This document shows positions 18,729 to 28,900 of a stretch of 64,000 bases of DNA, in pieces. Under the pieces are notes generated by a model. The model was not told the DNA's origin. It saw nothing but the letters and a program-made list of their open reading frames with translations, and made no database searches. The stretch lies in NCBI GenBank assembly GCA_963727415.1, contig CAVSGF010000010.1, forward strand, positions 354,902-418,901, written 5' to 3'. The translations under genes and the position numbers were made by a program. The stretch comes from an uncultured Actinomycetota bacterium. Lineage in GTDB: Bacteria; Actinomycetota; Actinomycetes; Mycobacteriales; Micromonosporaceae. Every line of letters starts with the position of its first letter. The first letter of the stretch is position 1.

Positions 18729-20249
18729 ATGCCCAAGCCCCAATGGTGGCGGACCGCTGTCATATACGAGATCTACGTCCGCAGCTTCGCCGATGGCAAC
18801 GGCGACGGCATCGGCGACATGGCCGGGCTGCGCTCCCGGCTGCCGTACCTCCGCGATCTCGGCGTTGACGCGATCTGGCTGACCCCGTTCTACCGCTCGC
18901 CGATGCGCGACGGCGGGTACGACGTAGCCGACTACCGGGACGTTGACCCGAAGGTCGGCACGCTCTCGGAGTTCGATGAGATGGTGGCGACCGCGCGCAC
19001 CGAAGGCATCCGGGTAATCGTCGATATCGTTCCCAATCACTCCTCTTCGGACCATCCGTGGTTCATCGCTGCTCTAGCCGCCGGCCCCGGCTCGCCGGAG
19101 CGGGACCGGTACCTGTTCCGGCCGTCCGGCCCTGATGGCGGCCCGCCCAACGACTGGCAGTCGGTCTTCGGCGGATCGGCCTGGACCCAGGTCAGCGACG
19201 GTGAGTGGTATCTGCACCTGTTCGACAGCTCGCAGCCGGACTTCAACTGGACCAACGTCGAGGTGCGGGCCGAATTCGAGGCCATCCTCCGATTCTGGCT
19301 GGACCGGGGCGTGGACGGATTCCGCATCGACGTCGCCCACGGCATGGTCAAGGCCGAAGGCCTGCCGTCGGTCGGCGGCGTGCACACCGGGCTGCTCGAG
19401 CAGACCGCGCTGCCGTACTGGGACCAGGACGAGGTGCACGAGATCTACCGAAGCTGGCGCAAGATCCTCGACTCTTACCCCGGCGACCGGATGGCGGTGG
19501 CCGAAGCGTGGGTGTCCAGCCCACGGCGGCTCGCCCGCTACATCGGCCCGGACGAGCTGAGCCAGGCGTTCAACTTCGACTTCCTGCAGGCGGAGTGGAG
19601 CGCGGACAGTTTCCGCGCGGTGATCGACGCCTCGCTGGGTGCGGCCGGGCTGGTCGGGGCTCCGACGACGTGGGTGCTGTCGAACCACGACATGCAACGT
19701 CACCGCAGCCGCTACAGCTCGGCCGAGCGGGCCCGCGCGGCGATCATGCTGATGCTGGCGCTGCCCGGGTCGGCGTACCTCTATCAGGGCGAGGAACTCG
19801 GGCTTCCGGAGGTCTTCGATCTGCCCGACGAGGTCCGGGAGGACCCGGTCTGGTTCCGGTCCGGTGGGCGAGACAAAGGCCGCGATGGCTGCCGGGTACC
19901 GCTGCCATGGTCCGGTACGACCCCACCATTCGGCTTCTCCGGCGGCCCCGGATCCTGGCTGCCCATCCCGGCCGACTGGGCGCCGCTTACCGTCGCGGCG
20001 CAGAGCGATGATCCGGACTCGATGCTCTCGCTGTACCGGTCGGCGCTCGAACTGCGCCGCAACGTCCTGACCGGCGACCTGCGTTGGCTCGACACCCCGC
20101 CCGGCGTGCTCGGCTTCGAGCGGGCCGACGGCTGGAAATGCTTCGTCAACTTCACCGACACCCCGTACCCGTTGCCGGGCACCCCGAAGCTGGCCAGCGG
20201 TCCGCTCGACGGCGGTGCGCTGCCGACGGATACCGCGGCGTGGCTTTAG
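18729..20249 (+). CDS. Alpha-glucosidase / oligo-1,6-glucosidase (GH13)
   Basis: ATG preceded by GAAAGGA. The motifs WWRTAVIYEIYVRSF, GFRIDVAHGM and QGEELG are present. It is probably co-transcribed with malR. Confidence 0.7.
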   Translation: MPKPQWWRTAVIYEIYVRSFADGNGDGIGDMAGLRSRLPYLRDLGVDAIWLTPFYRSPMRDGGYDVADYRDVDPKVGTLSEFDEMVATARTEGIRVIVDIVPNHSSSDHPWFIAALAAGPGSPERDRYLFRPSGPDGGPPNDWQSVFGGSAWTQVSDGEWYLHLFDSSQPDFNWTNVEVRAEFEAILRFWLDRGVDGFRIDVAHGMVKAEGLPSVGGVHTGLLEQTALPYWDQDEVHEIYRSWRKILDSYPGDRMAVAEAWVSSPRRLARYIGPDELSQAFNFDFLQAEWSADSFRAVIDASLGAAGLVGAPTTWVLSNHDMQRHRSRYSSAERARAAIMLMLALPGSAYLYQGEELGLPEVFDLPDEVREDPVWFRSGGRDKGRDGCRVPLPWSGTTPPFGFSGGPGSWLPIPADWAPLTVAAQSDDPDSMLSLYRSALELRRNVLTGDLRWLDTPPGVLGFERADGWKCFVNFTDTPYPLPGTPKLASGPLDGGALPTDTAAWL

Positions 20250-20346
20250 TGCCTGTTGCGCCGTGCCAGGTGCAGGCCTGGTCACGGCTCACAATCATGC
20301 TGACCGGAACGTCACGGCGATACCTCGATGTCGCCATAATGGCACT

Positions 20347-21105
20347 ATGCGCATCGCAGTAGCCGGTGGTACCGGCCTGGTCGGCCGACGTGTGGTCGAG
20401 GCACTTGACGAGTCGGGTCACCAGAGCGTGGTGATATCGCGCTCGGCCGGGGTCGACATCACCACCGGCGAGGGGCTCGACAGCGCGCTGGAGGGCGTCG
20501 ACGCGGTAATCGACGCATCCAACACCGCCGCAACCGACACGGATCAGGTGGTCGCGTTCTTCGAGGCCGGTACCACCAAGCTGCTGGCCTCGGAGCAGCG
20601 CACCGGTGTGGGCCGGCACGTGCTGCTATCGATCGTGGGCATCGACGAGATCCCGGGCAGTGCCCATTACGCCGGCAAGCGGCGTCAAGAGGAACTGGTC
20701 TCGGTCGGCCTGATGCCGTACCGGATCGTCCGGGCCACCCAGTTCTTCGACTTCGCCGAGATGGTCGCCGGATGGACCCGGCAGGGCGACACCGCCGTGA
20801 TCCCGCCGCTGCTGGTGCAGCCGATCGCGGTTGACGACGTGGCCACGGTCCTGATCGAGGCGGCCACATTCGCCGACGGCGACTTTCCGGCCACGATCGA
20901 CATCGCCGGGCCGGAGCCGCAGGATCTGGTCGACATGGCACGGCGCACCCTGTCGGCTCGCGGCGAAAACCTCAAGCTGATCCCCAGCTGGCGCGGCCCG
21001 ATGGGCCTCGACGCGTCCGGCGAGGCTCTGCTCCCCGGACCGGACGCGCGTCTGATGACGACAACATTCGACCAGTGGCTCGGCGAGATCGGGCCGCGAA
21101 GCTGA
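20347..21105 (+). CDS. NAD(P)-binding NmrA-like/atypical SDR protein
   Basis: It begins with a Rossmann motif, MRIAVAGGTGLVGRRVVEAL. Confidence 0.55.
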   Translation: MRIAVAGGTGLVGRRVVEALDESGHQSVVISRSAGVDITTGEGLDSALEGVDAVIDASNTAATDTDQVVAFFEAGTTKLLASEQRTGVGRHVLLSIVGIDEIPGSAHYAGKRRQEELVSVGLMPYRIVRATQFFDFAEMVAGWTRQGDTAVIPPLLVQPIAVDDVATVLIEAATFADGDFPATIDIAGPEPQDLVDMARRTLSARGENLKLIPSWRGPMGLDASGEALLPGPDARLMTTTFDQWLGEIGPRS

Positions 21106-22641
21106 TCAGAGGCTCGGAGTCACGTCGACGTGCCCGGCCGCCCAGCACGTGGTGTACGTGTGGCACGTGCGCAGCCCGACCAGCGCCTGATGAAGCGCTG
21201 CCTTCCGGGCCGTCGACAGCTGGCCGGCGATGTTGTTCAGTTCGTAGGGATCCTTGAGCCGGTCGTAGTACTCGATGTCACCGTCTTTGTACTCCACGTA
21301 CGTGTAGCCGGGCGTCCAGAGCGCGTTATATGTCGGCGGGATGCCCTGTCGCGGCGTCTGGGCGTCCGGATCGCCGGGTAGCGCGTCCGGTCCGTGATGC
21401 TCAATCAACGATGCGGTCCGCCAGTCCGAAGGGCTCTTGCCACTCAGCAAGGGAACCAGGCTGTGGCCATCCACATTTGACTTGATCTTCAGCCCGGCCA
21501 GGCTCTCGAACGTCGGTGCGAGGTCGATGTTCTGCGCCACCTGGTTCAGCGTGACGCCGCCCGGCACATGCGGGCCGACCACCACGAGAGGTACCCGGAC
21601 GTCGGTGTCGTAGGCCGTCTGCTTGCCCGGACCAAGACGGTACTCACCGAGGTGGAAACCGTTGTCCGAACTGAACACGAAATACGTGTTATCGGCAACG
21701 CCGGTGGCCTCAAGGGTGGCCCGGAGGCGCCCGATCATCCGGTCTACCGCCTGGACCGATTGCGCCCGCATCCGGAAGACCGTGTCCAGCTTTGTCTTCA
21801 AATGCTGGGACAATGGCGTGTGGTTGGCAAGCCAGGCCGGCGGATTCACTGGAAGGCGGTCGAACGCCTTGGTCCGCGGTGCCTTGAGCCCGGGGAACTT
21901 ATTCAGGTCCGTCGGCGCCGGGGTGTACGGCTTGTGTGGCGCGTAGGTCCCGATCTCCAGTACGAATGGTTTGCCGGCCGCGGCGTTTCGCTCGATGAAC
22001 GCGTTGCCCTTGGCGGACAGCACGTCGGTGAGGTAATCAGCCGGAGCGCTGCCGTAGTGCCGGACGGTGTGGTTCTCGTCCAGGTCGTACTTGTACTCGT
22101 AATACGCCTTGCCTCCGACGTCCCATTCGTTCCAGCCCGGCGGCACGTAGTTGTCCGTCGGCACGTAGCCGTTGAGGTACTTGCCCATCATCGCGGTGGC
22201 GTACCCGTCGGCCTGCAAGGCGGTCGCGTACGTGTGGTTCTCGTTGCCGCGCGCGTTGAAGACGGTGAAACCGCCGTCGGGAGAGTTGTTGGTGTAGACG
22301 CCGGTGTCATGAGGGAAGTTGCCGGTGAAGATCGACGACCGGGAGGGGCAGCAAAGCGTGTCGGTAACCACATAGTTACTGAAGGTCACCCCTTGTGTCC
22401 GCAGCTTCTGGACCTCGGGCATGTACTTGACGAGGTTCCAGGACAGGTCATCGGTAAGGACGAACACGATGTTCGGCCGGGCACTGGGCCGGCCGTTCGG
22501 ACCTTGCACGGACGGCGACGCGCCGGCTTTCGACTTGGCGTCGTTGGCCCGGGCGGGCGCCCATGCAGCGATGATCAGGCCTGCGGCCACTACCGCGATG
22601 ACGCCGACGAGCAGCCATTGTGAACGAGCGAGGGTACGCAT
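21106..22641 (-). CDS. Sulfatase (formylglycine-type), secreted
   Basis: It carries a signal peptide. The CCPSRSSIFTG motif has the C-x-P-x-R sulfatase signature. Confidence 0.7.
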   Translation of the reverse strand: MRTLARSQWLLVGVIAVVAAGLIIAAWAPARANDAKSKAGASPSVQGPNGRPSARPNIVFVLTDDLSWNLVKYMPEVQKLRTQGVTFSNYVVTDTLCCPSRSSIFTGNFPHDTGVYTNNSPDGGFTVFNARGNENHTYATALQADGYATAMMGKYLNGYVPTDNYVPPGWNEWDVGGKAYYEYKYDLDENHTVRHYGSAPADYLTDVLSAKGNAFIERNAAAGKPFVLEIGTYAPHKPYTPAPTDLNKFPGLKAPRTKAFDRLPVNPPAWLANHTPLSQHLKTKLDTVFRMRAQSVQAVDRMIGRLRATLEATGVADNTYFVFSSDNGFHLGEYRLGPGKQTAYDTDVRVPLVVVGPHVPGGVTLNQVAQNIDLAPTFESLAGLKIKSNVDGHSLVPLLSGKSPSDWRTASLIEHHGPDALPGDPDAQTPRQGIPPTYNALWTPGYTYVEYKDGDIEYYDRLKDPYELNNIAGQLSTARKAALHQALVGLRTCHTYTTCWAAGHVDVTPSL

Positions 22642-22791
22642 TCTTCGGAGGGGTCCTGACGTTGATCGAGGGGCTTAGGGAAGGAGGAGTTCCCGGTGTC
22701 TACATGGACCAATCTCTCCTACTCGTTCGGGCGAACCGGTCCCAATACTCACACAAAACCGCCTGGCCACGCCATCGGCGGCACGGACCTC

Positions 22792-23050
22792 AGTGCTTGT
22801 TCCCGAACTGCCGGCGGAGGCGGGGCGGAGTCCAGTGCGCCTCCGGGCCCGCCACACCCCAGCCAAGCAGTCCAGGAACAAGCAGCAAGTGCGGGCAGAT
22901 CTGGCAATTTGCCCGGTCGTTACCGTGGTCGCTACAACCACGGCGGGGTCACCAGGCAGTATCGCGCGCGGATGTTGTGACGAAGCTTAGGAACCCGCTG
23001 GTAGCCAACGCAGCGGCGGTCGGCCTCCCGGCCGTCCGGGAACAAGCACT
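22792..23050. repeat. 14-bp perfect inverted repeat (AGTGCTTGTTCCCG ... CGGGAACAAGCACT) bracketing about 231 bp upstream of the GT2 gene
   Basis: Seen directly. It could be a MITE-like element or a long-range RNA stem. Confidence 0.45.
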
Positions 23051-23062
23051 AAGGTCCGGTAC

Positions 23063-24196
23063 GTGTGGATGGCCATGCGGATCGCGGCCGCGGCATCGGC
23101 GCTTGGGTGGATTTGTCTGGCCCTGGCCCGCGGCTGGTTCTGGCGGACCGACGTCCGGCTCCCGGAAGCTGACGGGCCGGACCCGGATCCATGGCCGCGC
23201 ATCGCCGTTCTGGTACCGGCCCGCGACGAAGCCTCCGTACTGCCGATAACCATCCCATCGCTGCTCGCGCAGGACTATCCGGGTCAGCAGCGCGTGGTCG
23301 TGGTGGACGACAACTCGACCGACGCCACCACCGACCTGCTTGCGCAATGGCCGATTGAGGTGATCCGGCCGGGCGAGCCTCCGGACGGCTGGGCCGGCAA
23401 GCTCTGGGCGCTCTCGGCCGGCATCGCCGCCGCGGAGGATGTCGACTACCTACTGCTGACCGACGCCGACATCGCGCACCGGCCGGACTCTCTGCGCCGG
23501 TTGGTGGTGGCCGCCGAAGCCGGCGGGTACCAGCTGGTATCGCAGATGGCGCGGCTGCGGGTGCGCACCGGCTGGGAGCGGTTGATCGTGCCGGCGTTCG
23601 TGTTCTTCTTCGCGATGCTGTTCCCGTTCCGATGGAGCAATCGGGCGGGTACCCGGACCGCGGCCGCCGCCGGCGGGTGCAGCCTGGTCCACCGTCCGGC
23701 ATTGGCCGCGGCCGGTGGGCTGAGGGCCATTCGCGACGCGGTTATCGACGATGTCGCACTGGCACGACTGATCAAGAGCCACGGCGGTCGCACCTTCCTT
23801 GGCCTGGCCGACCGGGTTGATTCGATCCGGCCGTACCCCGGTCTGGGCGACCTCTGGCACATGGTGTCCCGCAGCGCGTACGCACAGCTGCGATACTCGG
23901 TCATGCTTCTGGCCGGAACGGTCGCCGGGCTGGGCCTCATGTTCTGGGTGCCACCGGCGGCCACGATAGCCGGTGCGGTGAACGGCGATCTCGGCCTGCT
24001 GGCCGTCGGCGGCGCGACGTGGTCGCTGATGAGCTGCCTCTACGCACCGATGTTGCGGTACTACCGGCGCTCGGTCATCGAGGCGCTGGCCCTGCCGGTG
24101 ACCGCGACGCTCTACCTGGGCATGACCGTGGACTCGGCGATTCAGCACGCCCGTGGCCGCGGCGCGGCCTGGAAGGGCCGGACCTACGCGAAGTAA
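23063..24196 (+). CDS. Family-2 glycosyltransferase, membrane-anchored (HpnB-like)
   Basis: GT2 signature IAVLVPARDEASVLP...VVVVDDNSTD...LLLTDADI, with C-terminal TM helices. Confidence 0.6.
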   Translation: MWMAMRIAAAASALGWICLALARGWFWRTDVRLPEADGPDPDPWPRIAVLVPARDEASVLPITIPSLLAQDYPGQQRVVVVDDNSTDATTDLLAQWPIEVIRPGEPPDGWAGKLWALSAGIAAAEDVDYLLLTDADIAHRPDSLRRLVVAAEAGGYQLVSQMARLRVRTGWERLIVPAFVFFFAMLFPFRWSNRAGTRTAAAAGGCSLVHRPALAAAGGLRAIRDAVIDDVALARLIKSHGGRTFLGLADRVDSIRPYPGLGDLWHMVSRSAYAQLRYSVMLLAGTVAGLGLMFWVPPAATIAGAVNGDLGLLAVGGATWSLMSCLYAPMLRYYRRSVIEALALPVTATLYLGMTVDSAIQHARGRGAAWKGRTYAK

Positions 24197-24305
24197 CCCA
24201 CCGGCCGGGCGCCGCGCCGCGCTTGAACTCGCCGAGGAGTACTCGGATCGCTGACGGCGCCGGCCCCCAGCTCACCTGGGGACCGGCGCCGAAGGGGCGG
24301 CGCCA

Positions 24306-24536
24306 TTACTCCACGGTGGCCACAGCCGCCTCCTCGTCGGCGCTGCCGATCCGGGCCTTCACGACGTCACGCCCGCGCTCGGCGAGCTGCCGCACTCGCG
24401 CCTGCGCGTCGGCGACCGCCGGCTTGTTGGCGAGTTCGTTGGCAGCCTGTGCGATCTGCTCGTAACGCTCGCGGCCAGCCTTGGTGCCGAGCACATACCC
24501 GGCAGCGAATCCGGCCGCTATCCACAGCGTCTTCAT
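24306..24536 (-). CDS. Small N-terminally membrane-anchored protein (YtxH-like)
   Basis: 76 aa. A GAGGAGAG SD lies upstream. A TM helix is followed by a charged helical tail. Confidence 0.45.
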   Translation of the reverse strand: MKTLWIAAGFAAGYVLGTKAGRERYEQIAQAANELANKPAVADAQARVRQLAERGRDVVKARIGSADEEAAVATVE

Positions 24537-24845
24537 CAGTCTCTCCTCATCGCTCGGTGATGACCGGAGTCCCGCTCATCGCACGCCCGAAAAGCTGGTC
24601 TGCGCCCCGGCTCGGCTGGGAACCCGTCAGGCGGCAAACCTCAAGGGATCACGGAGCCAGGCCCGGCATACCCGCACGCCGGATGTGCCCAATCCGGCCG
24701 TCGTCGAAACCCGGCACCGCGCGGACAACACCCCACACGCTACCCGCCCGACTCCACTCCGCTCGATGTTTCGCCCGGCCTGGCGGGTTGCCGACAGTCC
24801 GGGGGTTACTTCCTTGACGGCGAGGCGCCCCCGGCGAGTGACATG

Positions 24846-25463
24846 TCAGCCACCGGCGGCCGCCAGCGGCGAGCGCCGCTCCCACGGCCACCGCCACGCG
24901 CGCGGCGGCCGGGCCCGGACCGAACTGCCGTGCGCTTCGCCGGTGACGACGAAATGCACATGACCCGGTACCGGTTCGGTGCCGACCCGGGCGGTGCGAG
25001 CCGAACTGCCGTGCATCGAGATCGATCCGATCTCGACGGATGACCCGGGCGGCACGGTCAGGCGTACGCCCGACCCGTGCACCTTGATCGAGACATGCAC
25101 AACCGGGGACGTGATCCTGGCACGAGTGAAATCGAGCCGCACTTTCGACCCGCGGGCCTCGATCCGCAGCCGGGCCGGCACGGTCCAGCGGCCGGTCCGG
25201 ATGATGCTGGAGCCGCGGGCGCTGAACGTCGCGTCGCCGGCCGGCGGCTGCGCCGCCGCGGAAGGCAGGTCGGCGATGTACGGCGTCACGTCGGCGAACG
25301 TTCTGGCGGCAAGCACGCCGTCGATCCGCTCCTCGAACTCCGTCAGGGTCAGCCGGCCCTCGCTGACCGCCTGGTTCAGCTGCGTCACCACCTGCTCACG
25401 ATCCCGATCCGACATGCGCACATGCGCATCAGGCTGGGACGAAGGCACGAGGTCAGGGCTCAT
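24846..25463 (-). CDS. DUF1707-domain / LiaF-like stress-response protein
   Basis: The N-terminus RMSDRDREQVVTQLNQAVSEGRLTLTEFEERIDGVLAARTFADVTPY has the DUF1707 pattern. The C-terminus is beta-rich. Confidence 0.5.
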   Translation of the reverse strand: MSPDLVPSSQPDAHVRMSDRDREQVVTQLNQAVSEGRLTLTEFEERIDGVLAARTFADVTPYIADLPSAAAQPPAGDATFSARGSSIIRTGRWTVPARLRIEARGSKVRLDFTRARITSPVVHVSIKVHGSGVRLTVPPGSSVEIGSISMHGSSARTARVGTEPVPGHVHFVVTGEAHGSSVRARPPRAWRWPWERRSPLAAAGG

Positions 25464-25532
25464 GGCCAGACTCTAGCGCGATTGCCGCGGCCGGGTCGGC
25501 CATCACTTTGCCCCGAGTGCGATGCTGCTGGG

Positions 25533-25961
25533 GTGAGCGCGGGCGACCTGCACGTCAATGATCATCTGACGATACCCGCCGCCGAGCTGCGCTGGCGGTT
25601 CTCCCGATCCAGCGGTCCTGGCGGCCAGGGCGTGAACACCACGGACAGCCGGGTGGAGCTGTCCTGGGACGTGGAGTCCTCGGCCGTGCTGGCCCCGGCG
25701 CTGAAACGGCGAGCGCGCGAGCGACTCGGCGCCAGGCTGATCGATGGTGTCCTCACCGTGTCGGCGTCCGAGTCGCGCGCGCAGTTACACAACCGCCGGC
25801 TGGCGGCCGACCGGCTGGCTACCCTTCTGATTTCGGCGCTGGCCCCGCCCCGGCCGCCCCGCCGGCCGACCAAGCCGACGAGAGGCTCGATCGAGCGTCG
25901 CCTGCTGGCCAAGAAGCGGCGGAGCGAGCTCAAGCGGGGCCGCCGGGACGGGTACGACTAG
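25533..25961 (+). CDS. arfB: Peptidyl-tRNA hydrolase ArfB (alternative ribosome-rescue factor)
   Basis: It has the GGQ motif in SGPGGQGVNTTDSRVEL and a basic C-terminal tail KKRRSELKRGRRDGYD. An in-frame GTG start was chosen. Confidence 0.6.
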   Translation: MSAGDLHVNDHLTIPAAELRWRFSRSSGPGGQGVNTTDSRVELSWDVESSAVLAPALKRRARERLGARLIDGVLTVSASESRAQLHNRRLAADRLATLLISALAPPRPPRRPTKPTRGSIERRLLAKKRRSELKRGRRDGYD

Positions 25962-25964
25962 CGA

Positions 25965-28900
25965 CTACAAGGTTCCACGAGCTCTCTCGATCGCGGCCTC
26001 GACACCGCCGACCCGGTCCGCGAGCAGCCCGAGAGCGCCGAGCGCACGCCTCATTGGATCGTCATCATCACCGCCGAGCGCACGGGCCCGCAGATATCCG
26101 GCCTTCACCTCGGTCCAGCGAGCCGCCTGAGCCTCGGTCATCCGTCCGCGCAGCTCCGCGAACTTCAGCAGGTTCTCCTCGGCGCCGGCGGCGAGAGTCT
26201 GCGCCTCGCCGAGATAGTGATCGTCGATCAGAGCCTCCAGATCCTCGTCATCCATGACCGAAACCACTCGCTCGGCAAGCTTGTTCATGTTGCGGTAGGA
26301 CCCCTGCAGCAGGTACGGCGGCTCGGTGCGGGACGCGTCCGACCGCGCCGCCGAGGCGATGTACGCCCGGTTGCTGGCGAGCACCACCCGCTGGACCCGC
26401 AGCAGCTTGCCGAGCACGGACAGGATCTCGTCCAGCTCGACGGCGGGATACGGGTATTCCAACTGGTCCGGGTTCACCCCGGCGTCCCCGGCCGCCAGGC
26501 GTACCAGCACGTCGATGTCGCCGCGACCGCGAGCGGACAGTGGCGCGAGCACCGGGTTCGCGGTCAGTGCGTTCTCGATGTAGCTGAGGGCGAACAAGTC
26601 CTCCCGGCCGCTGAGCACGTCACCGATGTTCCACACATCGGCGCGGTTGGCGAGCATGTCCGGCACCCGGAATCGGCTACCGGACTCGGTGTACGGGTTA
26701 CCGGCCATGCACACGGCGAACCGCTTGCCGCGGAGGTCGTAGGTGCGAGTGCGGCCGTCCCAGACGCCCTCGATCCGCCGCTGCGCGTCGCACAGCGAGA
26801 TGAACTTCTGCAGGAACTCCGGTGAGGTGTGTTGGATATCGTCGAGGTAGAGCAGCACGTTGTTGCCCATCTCAAGCGCGAACGAGACCTTCTGGACCTC
26901 TTGACGGGCGGTGGCGTTGGGCGCTTCGTCCGGATCCAGTGACGTGACTCCGGCACCGAGCGCGGGACCGTTGACCTTCACGAAGATGAGGCCGAGGCGG
27001 CTCGCGATGTACTCCATCAGGGTCGTCTTGCCATAGCCTGGCGGCGAGATCAGCATCAGCAGGCCCATCTGGTCGACCCGCTTGGCGTCGCCGGACGCGC
27101 CCAGCTGCCGCGCCAGGTTACCGGCCACCAGCGGCAGATAGACCTCGTCGATCAGCCGGTTGCGGACGAACGAGTCCATCACCTTCGGACGCAGTTCGTC
27201 CAGGCGAAGGCGCTGCGCTTGGCGTGCCGCTACGTCGTTACGTCGTTGGTGGTACGCCCGGAACGCGGGCACCCGCTCGTGGCGGAACGACCTGGCCCGG
27301 TCGAGCAATTCGTCGAGCCGGATGTCGAGCTGCCGGTCAACGATCCGGGGATGCGTGCTGAGCAACCCGGGCACTGTCGCGGTAACGGCGGCCGATGACT
27401 CGTACCGCTCGACATTGGCGCCGCATAGCGCGATGGTGACCGCCTCGGGCAGGTCGTACCGGTCGGCGGCGGTGCCGGACGCGGCCACGTAACCGGCCAC
27501 CCATGAGCAGACCAGCCGGTAGCCCCCGGCCATATCCGGTCCGACGGCACGCAGATCGTCGTCGAACGAGCGCACCGCCGCCGAGCGGGCGCCGCCCAGG
27601 GCGGCACGAAAACGAGCCAGCAGGTCCCGGGCCCGCGCGCTGGAGACGAACCCGGCACCGGCAGCCAGTTCCTCGAACAGGTAATCGGCGGCCGCGCCGG
27701 CACCGGCAGCCAGTTCCGGCAGGCCCGCGGAGGCGAGGTGGGCGTCGATGGCCGCCGCCATGTCGCCACGCACACGATCGATGCCGTCGGCCACACCAGG
27801 ACCGGCGAACAGCTCACGCGCGCGCCCCAGCGACCGGGCTGTGCGCGCCCATCCGTCACGAGTGTCGTCGGTGGCACCGTGCGCCCAGAACAGCGTTGCC
27901 GCGGCCCGTACCAGCGGCGGGAACCGCAGCAGGCCGGCTCCGGCGTGCAGGCGCAGCGTCTCGGCCAGGATCGCGGTGGCGTCGGCGTCGTGTACGCCAC
28001 GCTCGTAGCCCTCGTCGTACCTGGACTCGGCCACGGCCCGGACCGTCGCGCCCAAGGTACCGTCGGCGGCCGCGGCCCGGAGCTCGTCCATCCGAGCCGG
28101 GTCAGACTCCGCCTCGGCGAGAATCGACGTGGCGAGATACTCGGCCCGTGCCATCGTCGGCGACTCGGACACCAGGCGCTCGTCCCAGAATTGTTCGGTC
28201 CCGGCGAACGCCTCGTCCGGCAGCGGCGCCCGGTAGTCGGTTCCCGTAATGGCCACGGTCATCCGGCCGTCATGCGGTACCACGCTCAGCCCGATCGGCT
28301 GGGTATTGACGGCGAACCGGTGCTGGCCGAGCTGGATCGACTCGCCGCCGTCGCGGTACAGGTCGATCCGGTCACGGAGCGCCCGGGCCGCCTCCTGCCG
28401 GGCCGCCTTGAGGCGGCCGTCCAGTTCCTCGGCACGGACCGCGTCGTCGAGGGTGCGCAAGTCGTCGACGATGGACCGCACCTTCGCCACCATTGGATCG
28501 GCGGCGAAATACGTGTTGACCTCGTCAAGCGTCGCGAGTGTCGCCGACCGGCGGTGCACGCTGCCCAGGATCCGCGAGGCCGACTCCATCAGCCGGTCGG
28601 CCCGCCGGAGCCGCTCGTCGACCAGGCCCTGGCGGCGTGCCGAGAACGCTTCGTAGACATCGGTGCGCCGGTCGGCGAGTTCGGCGAGGAAGTCGTCGAA
28701 GTCACCGAACCGGGCTTCCAGGTTCTCCAGTTGCAGCAGCAAACGGGCCAGCTGCTCATCGCACTTGTCCACGGTGTCGGCGGTGGCCAGGGCGCCGGTG
28801 ATGGCCTGGGCAAGCAACGCCAGCTCAGCGGCGAAGCCGGCCCGTCCTTCGGCGGCGACCAGCTCGCGGCGACGCGCCTGAAGAGTGGCCCGCGTCCGGT

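Noticed and set aside
22696-22980. 94-aa ORF MSTWTNLSYSFGRTGPNTHTKPPGH... as a real protein gene
   Set aside because: It has a strong SD but low-complexity Gly/Pro/Ala-rich translation. It is kept only as a finding, not a feature.
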